Part shown: positions 1-8,927 of the stretch, piece after piece
How positions within the stretch are numbered: the first letter of the stretch is position 1
Layout: the number at the start of each line of letters is the position of its first letter
From: Flavobacteriales bacterium
GTDB taxonomy: Bacteria; Bacteroidota; Bacteroidia; Flavobacteriales_G; Salibacteraceae
Direction: 5' to 3'
NCBI GenBank assembly: GCA_041391765.1
Contig: JAWKNJ010000028.1
Span: forward strand, 10,874 to 74,873
DNA: 64,000 nucleotides
Notes under the pieces: model-generated
The model's database searches: none
Told to the model about the DNA's origin: nothing
The model's input: only the letters and a program-made list of their open reading frames with translations
Made by a program: the position numbers and the translations under genes

Positions 1-106
1 GATCCTTGTCGCATCTCCTAGCTAGCTCTGATTGAGAGAGGCCATTTTGTTCGCGTAGTTTTCGAATTTGATCTCCAAGTTTTGTAGTGAATTCTCTCTT
101 GTCCAT
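1..106 (-). CDS. XRE-family helix-turn-helix regulator, first 35 codons only (gene runs off the left edge)
   Basis: Reverse complement starts with ATG (104-106) and reads MDKREFTTKLGDQIRKLREQNGLSQSELARRCDKD. The G-LSQSELA stretch is the typical HTH_3/XRE helix-turn-helix. It is absent from the ORF track because the window edge truncates it. Confidence 0.7.
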   Translation of the reverse strand, partial: MDKREFTTKLGDQIRKLREQNGLSQSELARRCDKD

Positions 107-140
107 TGTAGCCAAAAGGACAATTCATCGTCTTGAATGA

Positions 141-160
141 TGTCATAATAAATTATGACA
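141..160. promoter_or_regulatory. Perfect inverted repeat TGTCATAAT-aa-ATTATGACA, candidate operator of the adjacent XRE regulator
   Basis: 9-nt arms are exact reverse complements with a 2-nt spacer. It lies in the 100-nt divergent intergenic region, 16 nt upstream of a -7 promoter box. Confidence 0.45.
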
Positions 161-176
161 ATATGTTGTTTCTGGG

Positions 177-184
177 TACTTTTG
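177..184 (+). promoter_or_regulatory. Bacteroidota -7 promoter box (TACTTTTG, consensus TAnnTTTG)
   Basis: Exact match to TAnnTTTG, 22 nt before the ATG at 207. Confidence 0.4.
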
Positions 185-206
185 TGTTACAAACCAAACC
201 TTCAAG

Positions 207-962
207 ATGAAACTACTCATACCACTCTTATTATTTCTCAGCTCGTTTGTCTACGGTCAGGACACGCTATATATATATCAAGGAGACACAACCACGAGCC
301 ATCCAATTGGAAAGCTGCCCATAGATACATCCAATATCAGCGATACAACTTGGACTACAGATATCGAAGAGACAATTCTCTTTAAGGAGGATTCGATTCA
401 TATCTACACCAATCCAACATTTGGAGAGTACACCGCAACCACGCCATCCGGTAGTGAAAGAATCTACTTCAAGATGTATCGTGTTCCAAGTGTTCCTACG
501 CAGAACACATCCATCTATCTGAATTCTGTCATCATTAAGTCGTTTTTGGTGAACGCATTGGACAATATTCCATACTTCGATTCAACAATAGCCGCTAATA
601 CGGGAGATGTTTTTAAAGCTCGAATAGATGGTGTTTCAGGAAATTCCGGAAGCTTTCTAGTTGATATAACAATGTTCAGTTTAGATACGACCTTAACAAT
701 GGAAGTTGTAACAACGGTCTATATTACTTTCGATGATCCTAAATCAGTCTCAAACCTATCGTCTTCAAAACTGAATATTTATCCGAATCCCGTTTCAGAC
801 TATTTGTTGATTTCAAAGACCGTAGATTTCAAGATATATGACTTAGCCGGAGTCCTCATTCATGAAGGTTCAAAAACATCAGTGATTGATATGAGGAACA
901 TTCCATCTGGGCTATATGTTCTTTCAACTTTGGAAATGAATACAGTATTCTTAAGGGAGTGA
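207..962 (+). CDS. Secreted protein with T9SS C-terminal sorting domain, function unknown
   Basis: Signal peptide MKLLIPLLLFLSSFVYGQ. C-terminal ~70 aa (LNIYPNPVSDYLLISK...IYDLAGVLIHEG...IPSGLYVLS) fits the type-A Por/T9SS C-terminal domain pattern. Confidence 0.8.
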   Translation: MKLLIPLLLFLSSFVYGQDTLYIYQGDTTTSHPIGKLPIDTSNISDTTWTTDIEETILFKEDSIHIYTNPTFGEYTATTPSGSERIYFKMYRVPSVPTQNTSIYLNSVIIKSFLVNALDNIPYFDSTIAANTGDVFKARIDGVSGNSGSFLVDITMFSLDTTLTMEVVTTVYITFDDPKSVSNLSSSKLNIYPNPVSDYLLISKTVDFKIYDLAGVLIHEGSKTSVIDMRNIPSGLYVLSTLEMNTVFLRE

Positions 963-1154
963 AGCCAATCTTCGAATGGTTTTTTCTGTAACAGAATCGT
1001 AACAGAATTTCTTGCAACTGAAAAAGGATGCAAGAAAATGTGAAGCCGTTGATATGACAGCTCTAAAACGTCAGATTGCCTGCAGGTGTTGAGGTTCGAG
1101 TTTGAAAATTTCTGCCGAAAACTGCACCTTGTTGAAAAATAAAGTCACCTGAGA

Positions 1155-1192
1155 TTAAGAAACTTCTATTCTATCCATTGAACTACGGGACC
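1155..1192 (-). pseudogene. tRNA-like 5' half (acceptor strand, D-arm, anticodon-loop-like TTCTTAA = Lys CUU), not a complete tRNA
   Basis: Minus strand reads GGTCCCG-TA-GTTC-AATGGATA-GAAT-A-GAAGT-TTCTTAA. The following TCTCA cannot pair with GAAGT, and no T-arm or 3' acceptor strand follows. Confidence 0.35.
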
Positions 1193-1334
1193 AATGATGT
1201 GCAAATATATTATCAATGGTAGCGATGAGGTGAGAAAGTTAAGGCGCGCTCCTGGAATGGTTTTTAATCCTTTTTTAATCTCGTTTTAGATTCATGCTTA
1301 GGGTGTCATTTCACCTTTGAGTAAACCCAAGGTT

Positions 1335-2237
1335 ATGAAAGTCTCTGTCATCCTTACCACTTACAATTCAGAACGCAATCTAAAGGTTTCCCTTCCCAGT
1401 GTATTTGCGCAAACGGGCTTGGGAAAGGACTTTGAGTTCGAGATCATCGCCATTGATAATTGTAGCCAGGATGGGACGCTTGAAGTATTGCGATCTTATG
1501 GCATCGAACCATTGATTAACGAGAAGAATTCCGGAGGACCCAATAAGGGACGAAACAGAGGGCTGGATTTGGCTACAGGAGATGTTATTTGCTTCCTGGA
1601 TGATGATGATGCCTGGCATCCTGATAAGACAAGAATGCAGCTTTCAGCCATTGGTAGCGCACCGATTGTTACGTCATCCTACCTTACATTGGAGCAAGCT
1701 TCCGGTAGGGAAACAGTGAGAGGTTCAAGAAGTGGTGAAGTGAAATTGTATTCCCGAAACCAAACTTTTTTGAACAAACTGAAGGGCGAGAAGGGAATTC
1801 AATATCATTACATGAGTACCATCATGATTGATGCTTCGCTGCGACATGTGAAGTTTGAGGAGTATTTTGGAAAACATGACTTTGATTGGCTGTTGAGACT
1901 ATTTGAAAATCAGGTCTCAGCGCAGATAGAGGAAGTGTTAGTCACTCGTCACGTGCATGACAGCAACTTGAGCAGAACATCCTTGTTTAGGGTGATGGAT
2001 TATCACTTTGCGCTTTTAACCTTGGAGGACTACACCGCCAGGTATCCAAAAGAATCTGAGCTTGGTTCGGAGAGACTGAATGCAACTCGTGCAAAGTATC
2101 ACTACGAATTGGGCCAAATGAAGGATGCGAGAAGGTTTTTTGTTCGCTCGCAATGGGAAATCAAGAATGCTCTCTATTATCTCACCACGTTCGCTGGAAG
2201 CGCATGGGTGAAAAGAAAATACATGGTATTTGGTTAA
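1335..2237 (+). CDS. Family 2 glycosyltransferase
   Basis: VSVILTTYNSERNLKVSLPSVFAQT, IIAIDNCSQDGT and FLDDDDAWHPDK (DxD region) are typical GT2 motifs. ATG at 1335 is preferred over the TTG at 1317 used by the ORF track. Confidence 0.85.
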   Translation: MKVSVILTTYNSERNLKVSLPSVFAQTGLGKDFEFEIIAIDNCSQDGTLEVLRSYGIEPLINEKNSGGPNKGRNRGLDLATGDVICFLDDDDAWHPDKTRMQLSAIGSAPIVTSSYLTLEQASGRETVRGSRSGEVKLYSRNQTFLNKLKGEKGIQYHYMSTIMIDASLRHVKFEEYFGKHDFDWLLRLFENQVSAQIEEVLVTRHVHDSNLSRTSLFRVMDYHFALLTLEDYTARYPKESELGSERLNATRAKYHYELGQMKDARRFFVRSQWEIKNALYYLTTFAGSAWVKRKYMVFG

Positions 2238-2291
2238 ACTGGGAGGAGATTATTTCCAAAAACATCCTGCAATCTTCATCTTTGGGGTCAA

Positions 2292-2882
2292 ATGCTAAAG
2301 ATGAGATACAGTTTCCTGACCTTGAGTTTGTGGCTAGTTTTTGCAATAAATCTCAGCTCATGTGCTTCTGCTGATGATAAGCCCAGCGAAGAAGTTTTCA
2401 TCGATGACATGGTGCATGTCATGGAGCACATGAAGGTCTACATGCTTGAGGTTTATGATGTCCCCGCTGACAGTAACATGGATTTTCGACCGTCTGAAGA
2501 GGTTATGTCATTTCGAGAGCACGCAGCACATGTGTTGAGCAACATGTATATGCAGAACGAGTGCTTTGTGAAACGTGATACTACAACGACAATCGATTGG
2601 GTGTTGGAAGATGTTGCCGGTTTAATGGCGACTGACGATCGAGCCAAGTTGCGTGAGAAAATAGCCGGGCAATTTGATGCTATCGTATTGGATTTGAAAG
2701 GGATAAAAGGAAAACAAGATTGGAATAAGACTCGTGTGTTGCCGCAGTTTGACGGTAAACCTGTGAAGGATTTAATGACTATTGTGATGATGATGCGAGA
2801 TCACATAACTCATCACCGTGCACAGATGATCGTGTATTTGCGTCTAATGGGCTATGAACCACCTCCATACCGACCTTTTTAA
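2292..2882 (+). CDS. DinB-family (DinB_2-like) lipoprotein
   Basis: Lipobox LSSC after a signal peptide. C-terminal HITHHRAQMIVYLRLMGYEPP resembles the DinB-fold metal-binding helix. Confidence 0.7.
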   Translation: MLKMRYSFLTLSLWLVFAINLSSCASADDKPSEEVFIDDMVHVMEHMKVYMLEVYDVPADSNMDFRPSEEVMSFREHAAHVLSNMYMQNECFVKRDTTTTIDWVLEDVAGLMATDDRAKLREKIAGQFDAIVLDLKGIKGKQDWNKTRVLPQFDGKPVKDLMTIVMMMRDHITHHRAQMIVYLRLMGYEPPPYRPF

Positions 2883-2883
2883 G

Positions 2884-3231
2884 ATGTATACACGCCTTTT
2901 ATTTTTTACATCAATTGCCTTGGTCTTATTCATTTCGTGCAATCGATCTGGCCAGATCAAGGTGAAAAACAACATCCCAAAAACGACCATCGAGAACGTG
3001 TATTGGGGTGAGGTTTACATTGGTGGCTCGCTCAAGCCGGGTCAGGAGACTGAGTACATTGAGGTTGAACATAGCGAAGCAAAGCTGCCGGCTGAGTTTC
3101 GTATCTATTTCAGTATCGAAGCTGACGAACCGATTAAGTACTATACAGCAGAACGATATCCATTAAATAAAAAAGGTCAACTTTTTGTTGACCTTACAGA
3201 TTCCACGGAAGTTTACGAAGTCGAGGACTAA
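2884..3231 (+). CDS. Small hypothetical lipoprotein
   Basis: MYTRLLFFTSIALVLFISC signal plus lipobox starting at the ATG at 2884. No recognisable domain. Confidence 0.55.
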   Translation: MYTRLLFFTSIALVLFISCNRSGQIKVKNNIPKTTIENVYWGEVYIGGSLKPGQETEYIEVEHSEAKLPAEFRIYFSIEADEPIKYYTAERYPLNKKGQLFVDLTDSTEVYEVED

Positions 3232-6200
3232 CGCTCGATCACAATTTTCTGAGTTGTATTCAAATTCGACCCGATAACCCGAAGCAGGTAAATTCCGCTT
3301 TCTAGATTCAAGCTGTATTGTTTTGCGAATCCTTTGGAAACTCCAATGTTTTCCGAATACACCAATTTACCATTAATATCAAGGATTTCCAGTTTAACCA
3401 AACCGGAATACTTCATCAATTCAACATAAAAACTACCGTTGCTCGGGTTCGGATAAACATTGACAGATGCCGACCCGGTGGGTTGCTGTTCGATCCCGTA
3501 TGGCACGTATTGACCTTCGATGATTTGGAAGGAGTCACCACCAATAACATAGACGGTGATGCCATCAATGTCAACAACAACGGTGTCTATGGTCATCGCG
3601 TCAACAGCAAATGCATATTCGACCTTGTTGCCAAATTCAGGCTCGAATGATTTGATCAGCTTGTTGTTTTTGCCCCAGACGCTCAATGAGCCGCTTCCTT
3701 GAGCCGTATAGGCCCAATAATAAAGTCCGTCATCTTCGCTGTCCGTGATTTCCAGTCGATAACAACCGGTGTCCAATGTGAGCGTGTCCCAATAAGTGGT
3801 GGCAGCAGACAAGTCGTCACCATCTCGTTCAAACACTACCGTATTGGTGGCATCATAAACGCGTACAACATTGTCTTTAGGGTTGTTGTTCGTTTGAAAT
3901 TTGATAATTACATCATTCTTAATTACCTCAGGAAGATTAAAGGTTGACTTGAACGTATCATTGGCCGTGTTACCATCCTGTGATCCATTCGGTTCACTCA
4001 CGCTGGCCATAAAAACATTAGATCCATCTCCGAGATAGAAGGCTCCATCCTGAAAGGGTAATTCAACTTGCTCTTTCTCCAAAAAGCCAAGTGCCCCTGT
4101 CCAATTATAAACCTTAGGTATGCCTCCGGAAACTTGGTACGTTATTTTCAAACTTGTCAACTCCGTAGAACCGTTATTTCGAATGACAACTTTAGGAGCA
4201 AAACAAACAGGATTCATCCTAGAGTAATATCCCCTGTTTGTCGGTGCGATTACATCATAAACTTCTGCATCCAAGGCGTTGGCGGGTTGTCCATACTGAA
4301 TAACGTGCATGGCAACAATGTAATTCCCATTGCCCATTCCCTCGTTGTTCGAAGGTACTGGTGTAATGGAATAGTCAAGGTTGTAGGTTGACCCTGTGAC
4401 CATGTTTGTAATGTCATATTCATAATCCTTGACAACATCCCCGGGGCACCATCCTTCTCGTGCTCCTGGCCAAGTTCCACCTTGTGGATAAACCGGATTC
4501 AGAGCGCAATCATGTGTCTGCCAAACGTGCCATTGTGTAGCTTGGCTGCCATTTACATACAGGTAATGCGTGTTGTCTTTCCACTCGCAGCAGTGAGGGT
4601 AATTGCCTGTGTTGCTATTATGTCCATGGCCTGTGAAACGTGCGATCACTTTTTGACGCTTTGCATTTGGGTTCACGGCAATTGTCGTCTGTGTCAAGGC
4701 ATTGTCGTTATCCAATGCTGAGTATGACTTTGATCCTGACTGGCCCCAAGGACGAGTGATTTCCACAACTGGTGCAGGAGGTGTACCATGAACGAAAGCA
4801 AATTTCAGATCCAACAATTCTTGTTGGTTGCCACTGGCGAGGTCAACTGATCCTTTCAGTAAGTTGGCATAGTCTGTAACGTCATACATCCATGTAAATC
4901 CATCAGAACCAAGGTCAAGTCCAATTCCGTATGGAGTAATGAATCGGCCGATCTCATAGCGATCTACGATTTCGAATGGAGGTTCGTAATAGGTTAAGTC
5001 ACCATTGGTCCAAAGTTGAGTGCCTGTGAATTGGGTTGAATCAATGGCCTGCCCGCTTGGATTGTAGGTGTATGTGTGACCTGATCCTCTCGTATAAGTT
5101 CCGTTAACGGCTTTTACGTAGTTGCCTGCAACCGCATATTCAACAATCGAGTAGGGAGGTTGTGCAACGGTGTCTGTTTTAATTGTGCTTGAATTGTTTG
5201 AAACGTATTCGCCTTGATAGAATGAAATTTCAGGAACTATAGTTGGTGAATTGAATACTCTGAACATTTCCGTGCCGGGATAGGTCTTTACAGTCGGTGC
5301 GCCATGCCAATAGGCAACTAGTGAACTCGGAGCTGAATTAATCAGGTTATATCCATTGTCGAACTTAAGGTAGAGAGCAAGGTCGCTGTAGTTAGGATGA
5401 GAACTGGTGATGTCCTTGTTCATCCACGCCTGTATATCGGCTTGAGAGATTTCCTTTTTCCAGATTCTGAAATCATCTAGTTTTCCGAAGTATGCATTAC
5501 CGGTCATGCCGCTTCCGATGATCAGTTTTTGGATTTCACCTATCGTACGATCCTTTCCTGTTCCACTTACCCATAGATTTCCATTCAAATAGATCTTCAT
5601 CTGACCACTGGTAGCGTTCTTTACAAGTGCCCAATGGTTCCATGTTCCTTCATAAATACTAGCTGTGGCTGCCTTGCTGATTCGGTCATAACCTGAACCG
5701 GTTCCGGCATCCCAATAAACGGTTCCGTCACCCCACGGCATGTGGCAATTCAACGCGCGGTTTCCATCAAAGTCTATGGCCTCAAAAATGCTCGTGTTAG
5801 CAGGAAGTTTGTCAGCATTGCCGTAGCACCAGAAACTGATCGTGATTTCGTCACCAAAATCATATCCATCCAGAGGGACTTCAATGCGGTTTCGGTTTCT
5901 TGAAAACTCCACATAACCATCATTACCACTTGCTGCCACAGCAAGATTGCTGCTTTGGGTCATGGCTTCTACGCTCGTATTTGCTCCGGCTTGATCGTTG
6001 GTATAGCTGATGTCCACGAGTAAATTTGATGATCCGTTCCACTCGAACACTTCACTTAGGTTAAAAACATGTGTTCCGGTTCCAGTGAAGGTTGTATTCC
6101 GTTCGTAAACCGTGGTTAGGCTGACGTTTTCAAATTTGCTCAGGGTGCTAAATCCGTAGTTTCTTAACCGAATAGTTAGGTGTTTTAAGCTGCTTCCGAG

Positions 6201-6755
6201 TGTGGTTAAATTCAGGCTTAGTCGATCCACCGTATCCGCCACCAAAACCGGCTGATGTTAAGTCAGCGGCAGGGATAATGAATTGAAATCGACCGGATTT
6301 TTGAAGAGTTGAGTACCAATGCGCTTGTGGTTCCGCCTGAATTCAAGTCGGCAGTGTCTTCATTCACGATACTGCTGATGTTTTCACCTTTTCATTCCAT
6401 TGATACATCAGACATTGGGTTGTGTGTAGGTGGTGGTGAAATCATTTCCTGCAAGCAAATACTTTTCGGTGTAACTGACTGGAGTCCATGACTCCTGTGT
6501 GGTCATAAACGGCGGTGTAAGTCAAATAATCCCACTCGCCACATGGATATTGATCTTGTGTTGTTGCAGCATCACACTTGGTGTTTTATACATCGAACCC
6601 TTGGCGTAGGTCTGCGATGAATTTGGGAACTCGTAGACATCTCTTCGCTTGGTGATGTCGCTGAAATTAAATGTTTGCACCCATGTTGTGTCTTGGGAAA
6701 TGACGTTGGTGAATAGCAGCATAGGAGCTGCCAGAATGGTTCTAAGGTCTCTCAT
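3228..6755 (-). pseudogene. Large T9SS cargo gene (PNGase-F-like plus LamG/ConA-like lectin domain plus C-terminal sorting domain) with multiple frame changes in its 5' ~500 nt
   Basis: 3228-6245 is one open frame of 1005 codons. It contains LDDFRIWKKEISQADIQAWM (LamG-like), HGHNSNTGNYPHCCEWKDNTHYLYVNG...GWCPGDVV (PNGase F C-terminal-like) and VNVYPNPSNGSFYVEL...GIYLLRV (T9SS sorting domain). The signal peptide MRDLRTILAAPMLLFTNVISQ (ATG at 6755) and conserved-looking segments such as KCDAATTQDQYPCGEWDYLTYTAVYDH and SGRFQFIIPAADLTSAGF lie upstream in other frames. Confidence 0.65.
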
Positions 6756-6799
6756 AGTTGTTGGGCTAGGGCACAAAGGTACCGTTCATACAGAGAATG

Positions 6800-8848
6800 C
6801 TATTTGATTTCGGCTCCGGATTGAATGGCTTTTTCTGGGCTTAGGAAAACAAGATTGCCATTGCTGTCTTCAGCCATTAAGATCATGCCTTGACTTTCAA
6901 CTCCGCGCAGTTTTCTAGGTTCTAGATTACACAGAACAGAAACCTGTTTTCCAATAATTTCCTCAGGATTGTAATGCATGGCAATTCCGGAAACAATGGT
7001 TCTGGTTTCAGTACCCAGGTCCACACTAAGTTTGAGCAATTTGTCAGCTTTCTCGACCTTTTCGGCAGTCTTGATAGTACCCACTCGAATTTCAAGTTTG
7101 GTGAAGTCATCAAAAGAGATATTAGACTTTTGTTCAGCTTGTGGTTCAATAGTTGTCTGGTTGTTTTCCATTTTCCGAGTTTCTAATTTCTGAATTTGAG
7201 CTTCAATTTCCGTGTCTTCCACTTTGGAGAAGAGCAGCTGTGCTTCACCTATTTCATGCCCATCTAGGAATCCTTTGAATACCTTGTCGATGCGCAACAT
7301 CTCTCGAATCTTTTGGGCAGTTTCGGGTTGAAACGGCTCAATAGCTTGAGCTAAGTGAGCAGTGATGTTCAATGCGCTGAACATGATTTTCTTGACCTCG
7401 TCAGGATTGGTTTTCTGAAGCTTCCAAGGTTCGAGATCTGCAAGGAATTTGTTTCCAAAGCGCGCCAAGTTCATTGCTTCAGAGAGCCCTTCGCGAAACT
7501 TGAATTGCGCAATATACTCCTGAGACTTATTTATAAACGCCAGACATTGATCGGTGATCTCCCAATCAAGCGTTTCAGTAGGAACTAGTCCATTGTAATA
7601 CTTGTTCGATAGCACAACTACTCGATTCACAAAGTTGCCAAGAATGGCCACTAACTCATTATTCACACGAGCTTGATAGTCTTTCCACGTGAATTCACTG
7701 TCTTTCGATTCAGGCGCAATCGAAGTCAAAACATAGCGCAGTTCTTCTGTGCGATTCGGGAAATCCTCCAAATATTCATGCAACCATACCGCATGATTTC
7801 TGGAAGTCGAAATCTTGTCACCTTCTAGGTTCAGGAACTCATTTGCCGGGACATTAACGGGTAGGTTGTATTCTCCATGCATCTTCAGAATGATTGGGAA
7901 GATGATGCAGTGAAACACGATGTTGTCCTTACCTATAAAGTGCACCAAATCGGTTTCATCATTTTGCCACCAACGTTTCCAGTCCTCCGCATTTTCCTGA
8001 TCGATCGCCCATTGCTTTGTTGCCGAGATGTATCCAATTGGAGCATCCAGCCACACGTACATCACCTTTCCTTCAGCGCCTTTCAACGGAACCGGAACAC
8101 CCCAGTCCAAGTCGCGCGTCATGGCCCTGTCGCCTAATCCGCTTTCTACCCAGCTCAGGCACTGTCCAACCACATGCTTTTTCCATTTGGATGGGTCGTG
8201 ATGTTGCTTTCCATCCAATTTGCCATCGCGAATGAATTCTTCAATCCAGTCGCTATGATCTCCCATTGGGAGGTAGAAATGCCAAGTCTCGCGCAGTTCG
8301 GGTTTGGCTCCACTCAGGGTCGAGTGTGGATTAATAAGTTCCGTAGGACTTAATGTCTTTCCGCAGTTTTCGCATTGATCTCCATAGGCTCTTTCGCTCT
8401 TGCAATTTGGACATGTCCCCATGATGAAACGATCCGCCAAAAATTGCTTGGCCTCCGGATCGTACATCTGTTCGTTAGTGACCTTCTTGAAAACACCCTT
8501 TTCATATAGATTCAAGAAAAATTCCTGAGCCGTTTCGTGATGAAGGGGAGATGATGTTCTGTGATAAATGTCAAAGCCAATTCCGAAGTCCGCAAACGCC
8601 TTTTTGTTCAATTCATGATACTTGTCCACGATGGCTTGTGGCGTTGTCCCTTCTTTGATCGCCTTCATATTGATGGCTGCTCCGTGTTCGTCTGAACCAC
8701 ATACATACAGTACGTTCTCATGTCCAAATTTTGAACGCAGGTATCGAACATAAATGTCTGCGGGTAGATACGCACCTGCTATGTGACCGATATGCAATGG
8801 GCCATTTGCATAGGGAAGAGCCGAGGTGATAAGGTGGCGTTTAGTCAT
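6800..8848 (-). CDS. metG: Methionine--tRNA ligase
   Basis: HIGH motif PYANGPLHIGHIAG, zinc knuckle CPNCKSERAYGDQCENCG, KMSKS-equivalent KISTSRNH, and a C-terminal tRNA-binding domain (LEIRVGTIKTAEKVEKADKLLKLSVDLG). Confidence 0.97.
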   Translation of the reverse strand: MTKRHLITSALPYANGPLHIGHIAGAYLPADIYVRYLRSKFGHENVLYVCGSDEHGAAINMKAIKEGTTPQAIVDKYHELNKKAFADFGIGFDIYHRTSSPLHHETAQEFFLNLYEKGVFKKVTNEQMYDPEAKQFLADRFIMGTCPNCKSERAYGDQCENCGKTLSPTELINPHSTLSGAKPELRETWHFYLPMGDHSDWIEEFIRDGKLDGKQHHDPSKWKKHVVGQCLSWVESGLGDRAMTRDLDWGVPVPLKGAEGKVMYVWLDAPIGYISATKQWAIDQENAEDWKRWWQNDETDLVHFIGKDNIVFHCIIFPIILKMHGEYNLPVNVPANEFLNLEGDKISTSRNHAVWLHEYLEDFPNRTEELRYVLTSIAPESKDSEFTWKDYQARVNNELVAILGNFVNRVVVLSNKYYNGLVPTETLDWEITDQCLAFINKSQEYIAQFKFREGLSEAMNLARFGNKFLADLEPWKLQKTNPDEVKKIMFSALNITAHLAQAIEPFQPETAQKIREMLRIDKVFKGFLDGHEIGEAQLLFSKVEDTEIEAQIQKLETRKMENNQTTIEPQAEQKSNISFDDFTKLEIRVGTIKTAEKVEKADKLLKLSVDLGTETRTIVSGIAMHYNPEEIIGKQVSVLCNLEPRKLRGVESQGMILMAEDSNGNLVFLSPEKAIQSGAEIK

Positions 8849-8903
8849 TGGACTTTTTAAATCAAAACGGTTTATTGAATCCTAAAATCGATCGAAAGGG
8901 CGG

Positions 8904-8911
8904 CAAAAGTA
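8904..8911 (-). promoter_or_regulatory. -7 promoter box TACTTTTG upstream of metG
   Basis: Minus strand reads TACTTTTGCCGC, matching TAnnTTTG, 56 nt upstream of the metG ATG. Confidence 0.4.
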
Positions 8912-8927
8912 GTAATACCTTAGGCCC

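Noticed and set aside
155-385. 76-aa plus-strand ORF overlapping the start of the 207-962 gene
   Set aside because: It is in a different frame from a gene that has a clear signal peptide and T9SS sorting domain. The composition is not protein-like, and it would swallow the promoter region.
1086-1112. Plus-strand GAGGTTCGAGTTTGA resembling a tRNA T-loop (GGTTCGAGT)
   Set aside because: The flanking bases cannot form a T-stem, acceptor stem or anticodon arm on either strand, so it is not a tRNA.
6309-6491. 60-aa plus-strand ORF in the gap between the lectin ORF and metG
   Set aside because: The opposite strand carries the frameshifted 5' part of the lectin gene, with clearly protein-like segments. 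This ORF is a by-product.
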